Below, piece by piece: positions 60,201 through 64,000 of a stretch of DNA of 64,000 nucleotides. The position numbers and the translations under genes are program-made. Source of the DNA: Amoebophrya sp. A120 (Eukaryota; Protista; Dinoflagellata); contig CAJINV010000013.1 in the NCBI GenBank assembly GCA_905178155.1, positions 1,988,281-2,052,280 on the forward strand, in the 5' to 3' direction. The notes below the pieces were generated by a model that was not told where the DNA came from, searched no databases, and saw nothing but the letters and a program-made list of their open reading frames with translations. Each line of letters opens with the position of its first letter. Within the stretch, counting starts at the first letter, position 1.

Positions 60201-61300
60201 TCACTACTCATTCCCCGCAGTTCTGAATTAGTACCCGTTCTTGCATTCATCCGATTTAATATCTTCAACCCGTCATCGTCCGGAAAGGGACTGGCCAAGT
60301 CGATGGGCTCTGCAAGCTTCAGGAAGCTGTCAGATGAAAATGTGCCCCCCTGGCGAGGCCGTATCAGCATCCCGCTTCTCGATGTAGTGGCACCTCCGCT
60401 TGATGAATCAGAAGCCGCTTGGGACGGTGGAGTGGTAGTGAAGCTGTGCAGGAGGTACGGACCACCAGACGACGGCGTGTTTAAACTTCTCTTTGTTGTA
60501 GTCCTACTGTTTTTTAGAAGAAGCTTTTCGGCATTTGAAGCTGCTCCCCAAGACAAGAGACTGGACTTTTTGATGTAGTAGTTCTTGCAGCCTTGAAAAA
60601 GTTCCGGAGCATCAATTTTCGCCAAGGAAAACCAAATTTTTTCGCCACCCGTGACGGAAACCACGCAGATTTTGTTGGTGTTCCTGTTGCCGAGAACGTA
60701 ATAGGGAACCAGATTCAATTTCCCTGCAGGAACAGCATCCTGCTGCTCTCTGCTGTCCCGGGGGAGTGCGGTACACAAAAAGTCATCATCAGAGAAGTAC
60801 TCCTCTTCCTCGTGCACGTCCTGCCTTTTGCTCTGGTGGTCAACAGAGTTGTCATCCGCTGATGAAGATGTTAAAAACTTGGTTCCTCGCACAGATAATT
60901 CTGTATCCTTTGACGAAGCTTGTTCAACGTCTCCTGCTCCTGCACCTGCACCTGCTCTAGTACAATAGATGGCTGTATCAGCGAAGTCTGCCGGCAGCTG
61001 GCGAGTGGCAAGCAATTTGAAGGGGCGCAGTACTCGCGGCTGATGTCCTTTCGTGGACGACGTCGTAGAGGAAGTCACACTCTCGCTAATACTGTTCTTG
61101 GCAACCCCAGACTTACTCAGATGGACGAGTTCATCTTTCGTACCATTCCGCAGGCTCCACACTTCCACCGTTTTTCCATCCCGAATTCCGAACAAAAAGC
61201 CCGATTGCAAACACGCATGCGTCAGATTTTCCAAACAAGACTCTCCGCCCCCTCCACTGCCGTCCTGCCGCGGCTGCGACCTCAAACGTTGCTCCAACAT
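45278..61300 (-). CDS. Very large multi-exon gene, tentatively Rab3 GTPase-activating protein non-catalytic subunit (RAB3GAP2)-like
   Basis: ORFs 59798-61300, 58807-59460, 52500-55712, 50981-52297, 48079-49164 and 46002-46811 link in frame across 12 TIR elements; a few other junctions are unresolved. LLRIGQSPFLCLYEG, QSPDGSTVAIL..LVHMW and QRIALAL..VLCLLP resemble RAB3GAP2 motifs from memory. Confidence 0.55.
45478..46037. mobile_element. TAT..ATA intron element, 560 bp, weak TIR
   Basis: Flanks ttgag/gagag; removal plus 5 nt joins LLPKQTL-LDFVPRHHLTEK in frame. Confidence 0.65.
46777..47055. mobile_element. Introner-like TIR element, family 2, 279 bp
   Basis: DR gagag/gaaag; TIR tatcctgagtaaaaacrtccccac; joins NQISF-LYLLKLHAK. 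Confidence 0.92.
47104..47361. mobile_element. Introner-like TIR element, family 1, 258 bp
   Basis: DR gagca; joins LLCPFV-LNLQKNVSQ. Confidence 0.92.
47929..48083. mobile_element. Short TAT..ATA element, 155 bp
   Basis: DR tcatc; partial TIR tgcaaaa..gtatcg; joins QAEELM-KVNNNVNF. Confidence 0.85.
49175..49420. mobile_element. Introner-like TIR element, family 1, 246 bp (GT-AG compatible)
   Basis: DR cctcc/cctgc; joins ALFEQ-VWMQDVASW. Confidence 0.92.
49478..49729. mobile_element. Introner-like TIR element, family 1, 252 bp
   Basis: DR cggta; joins WLNLLP-KSEKIARAG. Confidence 0.95.
50247..50904. mobile_element. MITE-like insertion inside an intron, with a 9-bp DR and an internal 39-bp tandem array
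   Basis: DR agtatcata at 50238-50246 and 50905-50913; inverted aatagggag / ctccctat arrays; four 39-bp units at 50474-50626. Confidence 0.65.
52232..52539. mobile_element. Introner-like TIR element, family 3, 308 bp
   Basis: DR gtagt; TIR tatggawgtgtcag..aaagttgaaata.tttgtmatgcataaaa; joins TKLQTT-RSSPLLWENR. Confidence 0.92.
56422..56683. mobile_element. Introner-like TIR element, family 1, 262 bp (inverted relative to the 58720 copy)
   Basis: DR tacgg; joins LRWEEP-YPPVQNY. Confidence 0.93.
56744..57008. mobile_element. Introner-like TIR element, family 1, 265 bp
   Basis: DR cacgg; joins KIETLLR-ALRNEISYAD. Confidence 0.95.
58017..58211. mobile_element. TAT..ATA element with almost no TIR, 195 bp
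   Basis: DR gcgac; joins IARHEMS-HQHHVPDYF. Confidence 0.8.
58410..58671. mobile_element. Introner-like TIR element, family 1, 262 bp
   Basis: DR cccgt; joins AAQSPDG-STVAILHLD. Confidence 0.95.
58720..58981. mobile_element. Introner-like TIR element, family 1, 262 bp
   Basis: DR ttttc; joins SRGGRE-KDQEQVLSA. Confidence 0.95.
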
Positions 61301-63087
61301 GGCTTGATTATATTCACTTTCGGTCTGCAGTACTACCGAAGGGCGATCTTTCTCATGATTGATTGCGCAATATCAACTTCTAACATACTTACAAGAAAAA
61401 AGAAAAGGCGACGGAAGAGTCGGTCTGCAAGACCGAGATACTTACGTTGGCCTCCAGCTTACGTCTGCCTTGCACTCCTCGTCTCAACACGCCCTGCAGA
61501 TGACCTTTGAAACTGAGCCTACGTCTTGCATGCAGCTGAAACGCGACGCAGTATTGTAAGGAAATACGAAGAATAGAAATAGAAAAGCGAAGACCCCACA
61601 CAATAGAGGAGTCTCGTTCACTGGTGAGGTGGAATCCTTCGCTCCCCAGAGGACTCAAAGTACTAAAACGTCGAAGAAGTTTTTGTGTTCCAACAGGATG
61701 AACACTCGGACAGCTGTGCTGTTTTCGATCAGTGTGGTCAGCGCGTATCTGCCCCTCTCTCGAGCTGCTGTGCGTCGATTTTCATTTTTCGGCTCCGCCA
61801 ACAAACTACTGTTGCAGACTTCTACGAAGCGTGAGCGGTCTTTTCCTTGTTCCCGCCACTATACTTGATAAAGCAAGCTGTGTGCTCGCCTTTTAACGAT
61901 CAACATGATCTTGGCGTGACCACAGCACAGAACGGTCTTGTCCTTTCTTGTTGTCATTGTCAACCTCAAGAAGGCTGACACTACAAATAGCCTCGCTGGA
62001 ACCTCCTGCAAGACATGTAAAATTTGTCATGTAAAGGAACTTCCTTCAACATGATTTATCAAAATTCAAAAAGGTACTTGCTTCCAAAATTATACTTAGC
62101 CGATCGATTCTTTTCACACCCGAAGTTCGATTTAGTAAATTATCGATCCTCTACTTTGCACTGGATATATATATTTGGATGAAAGTAGCTTACAAAGAAG
62201 ATGAAGTTGCCTTGCCCTTGCCTTTATTGATTATCACAAAAACGGACAGGAAAGTAGCTCCAGTGGCTACTCCGCCTGGTCGCTTGACGGGCAACCGCAA
62301 CCCTCAGGGGAGTTGTAGTCATAATCAATATGGTACAACCCCTGCATGTGCCGCAACAGCGCCGGCAGCTTCTTCAAACACTAAAGGCAGGAGCCCGTAT
62401 CGGTCTCGCAGAAAGAGAACGCGACTGCAGAGCCATTTTCGTTTTTTCCATATTGAGATCCGCCGCACCCCATGATCACGCAACGGCGGACTCATGAGGC
62501 TGCGCGTCCCTCGTTCCCCTAATGTACTTCTTCGATCTTCTATTTGGAAGGCATAAAAAAACTAAAACGCGCGATGAGCAGATAGAGAAATTATCTTTTT
62601 TAATTCAATACACGATCCTCGCGATTCAACGCACTTTTGATGGTGCGTCGGTAGATCGTCTTTTTTCTTTTGCTGGTAGATCTGGTGTATTAACTATCCT
62701 CTTTATAAACTTTTCACTTTTACTTTTTTACTGTGTCTTCCTGTTCCTCTTCCTGCAATAATGCGAATCTTCCGAATCAATCTGCTACATACATTCATCT
62801 CCACGCCTTCACAGAGGCACAGCGCAAAATGTCGATGAAAAGTCAAATCCATGCGGCCGCCTATGTCTTCTATTCCAAGAATTTGAGTTTTTCAGTGGCA
62901 CAATTATCGGAAACTCCTGACATTTATCGTATTATCCGGAAGACGAGAGAAAACTCTTCCTTGCTTGTAAGGAGGCGAGCGGAAAACTCTTCTGAGCGGC
63001 TCCTCACTAGCAGGTACTTATTTGTTTGGGCGCCGGCAATGCCGGCCGCCACATTATCGCCTTTGTACCGCTACATGACATCGCGCA

Positions 63088-63951
63088 TTATGGTCTTTGA
63101 CCTAAGCCGCATTTCGCCGTGTAACTCTGTTTCATAGCACATAGCATATCTAGCCCAACAAGTTGGTCGTCGTACTTTCCAAGAGCGAAGAAGTCTCGTA
63201 CAAAGAGCTCGGGGGAGGAGTGGAGACGGTGGGGGCATTTTGTCCGCCGGGTCACGTCGAGGAGATTCAATTTGTTCCCGCCACTATCATTATGAAAACA
63301 CGGCCCAACATCTCATGCTCGTGCCCAAGAACAGATTTGCGGCAGTCGCGAAGTTCGAGGTCTCGAGATAGGATATTAGCCGTGTCAACTTCATCATCAT
63401 AAAACACGGAACGCCAGTCTTCCGCCCCCGCTGAGCCGCACGTCTGGACGACGCCGCTGCCACCACGATCGAAACGAGCTAAATGCTGCAAAAATTCCCG
63501 CTGTAAGGGTTTCAGCTTTTCGTCGAAGTGTTCCCCGTCACCATGCTCCAGTAAGTATCGGACCAGCACTGTCCTGCGGCGCATGTTTGCACTCCTGAGA
63601 CATCTTCACCTTCATTTCGGTATCAATTTGCAGGTACAGGACGCGAGAATTGCGCTCGTTGTATATATCGACCACCACTTGCTTCCCTGATACTTCTCTG
63701 GCCTCGTAGCGCAAGGTCTGGTTAGAATTGAGCAACTCGAGCAAAGGGTTTCTTGTTGGCGGCGGCGCATACGGAGACATCGTCCCCGCCATCGGTCGCA
63801 GTTCTGCACCAGAAGATGAAGAAGACGCTGTAAGTTTCGTCTTGACCGCTCCGACATGTCCCGAGAATGAAGCAAGAAGGGCGACGCAAAGTAGTCCGAC
63901 CCGGTGAGAAAAGTTACGCCCGGTTTTCGTCATTGTGGAGCAATGCGACAT
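63088..63951 (-). pseudogene. Signal-peptide-bearing unknown protein broken by at least two frameshifts
   Basis: Overlapping ORFs 63538-63951 (VGLLCVALLASFSG), 63267-63584 and 63088-63270 with no intron-sized gaps. Confidence 0.5.
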
Positions 63952-64000
63952 GATGGTGCTAATTTAAGAATATAGCACAGTCTTTATTTGCAGGCTCTCT

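Overview
Eukaryotic, intron-rich genomic DNA with one 100-N scaffold gap (43975-44074). The low-complexity proteins and inverted-repeat non-canonical introns suggest a parasitic dinoflagellate such as Amoebophrya (Syndiniales); this assignment is inference. Main signal: at least 16 elements of 155-560 bp that start TAT, end ATA, mostly carry terminal inverted repeats (TIRs) from several unrelated families, and are flanked by a 5-bp direct repeat (DR). They interrupt host genes, and removing element plus one DR copy restored the reading frame in every case I checked by hand. Only one of the 16 can be placed on GT-AG boundaries at that length, and related copies sit in both orientations in the same gene. 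Twelve interrupt one ~16-kb minus-strand gene that may be RAB3GAP2-like. Second signal: an intact 3.1-kb split-direct-repeat element (24180-27280) encoding a CCCH Gag-like protein and a tyrosine recombinase but no reverse transcriptase. A second, coding-decayed element of the same layout lies at 9151-12038. Also present: a frameshifted APE-RT LINE with a zinc-finger insertion, an insertion with a 42-bp target duplication, foldback/MITE-like repeats, an AT-rich island and a candidate four-hairpin ncRNA. All alignments were done by eye; no database searches were run.
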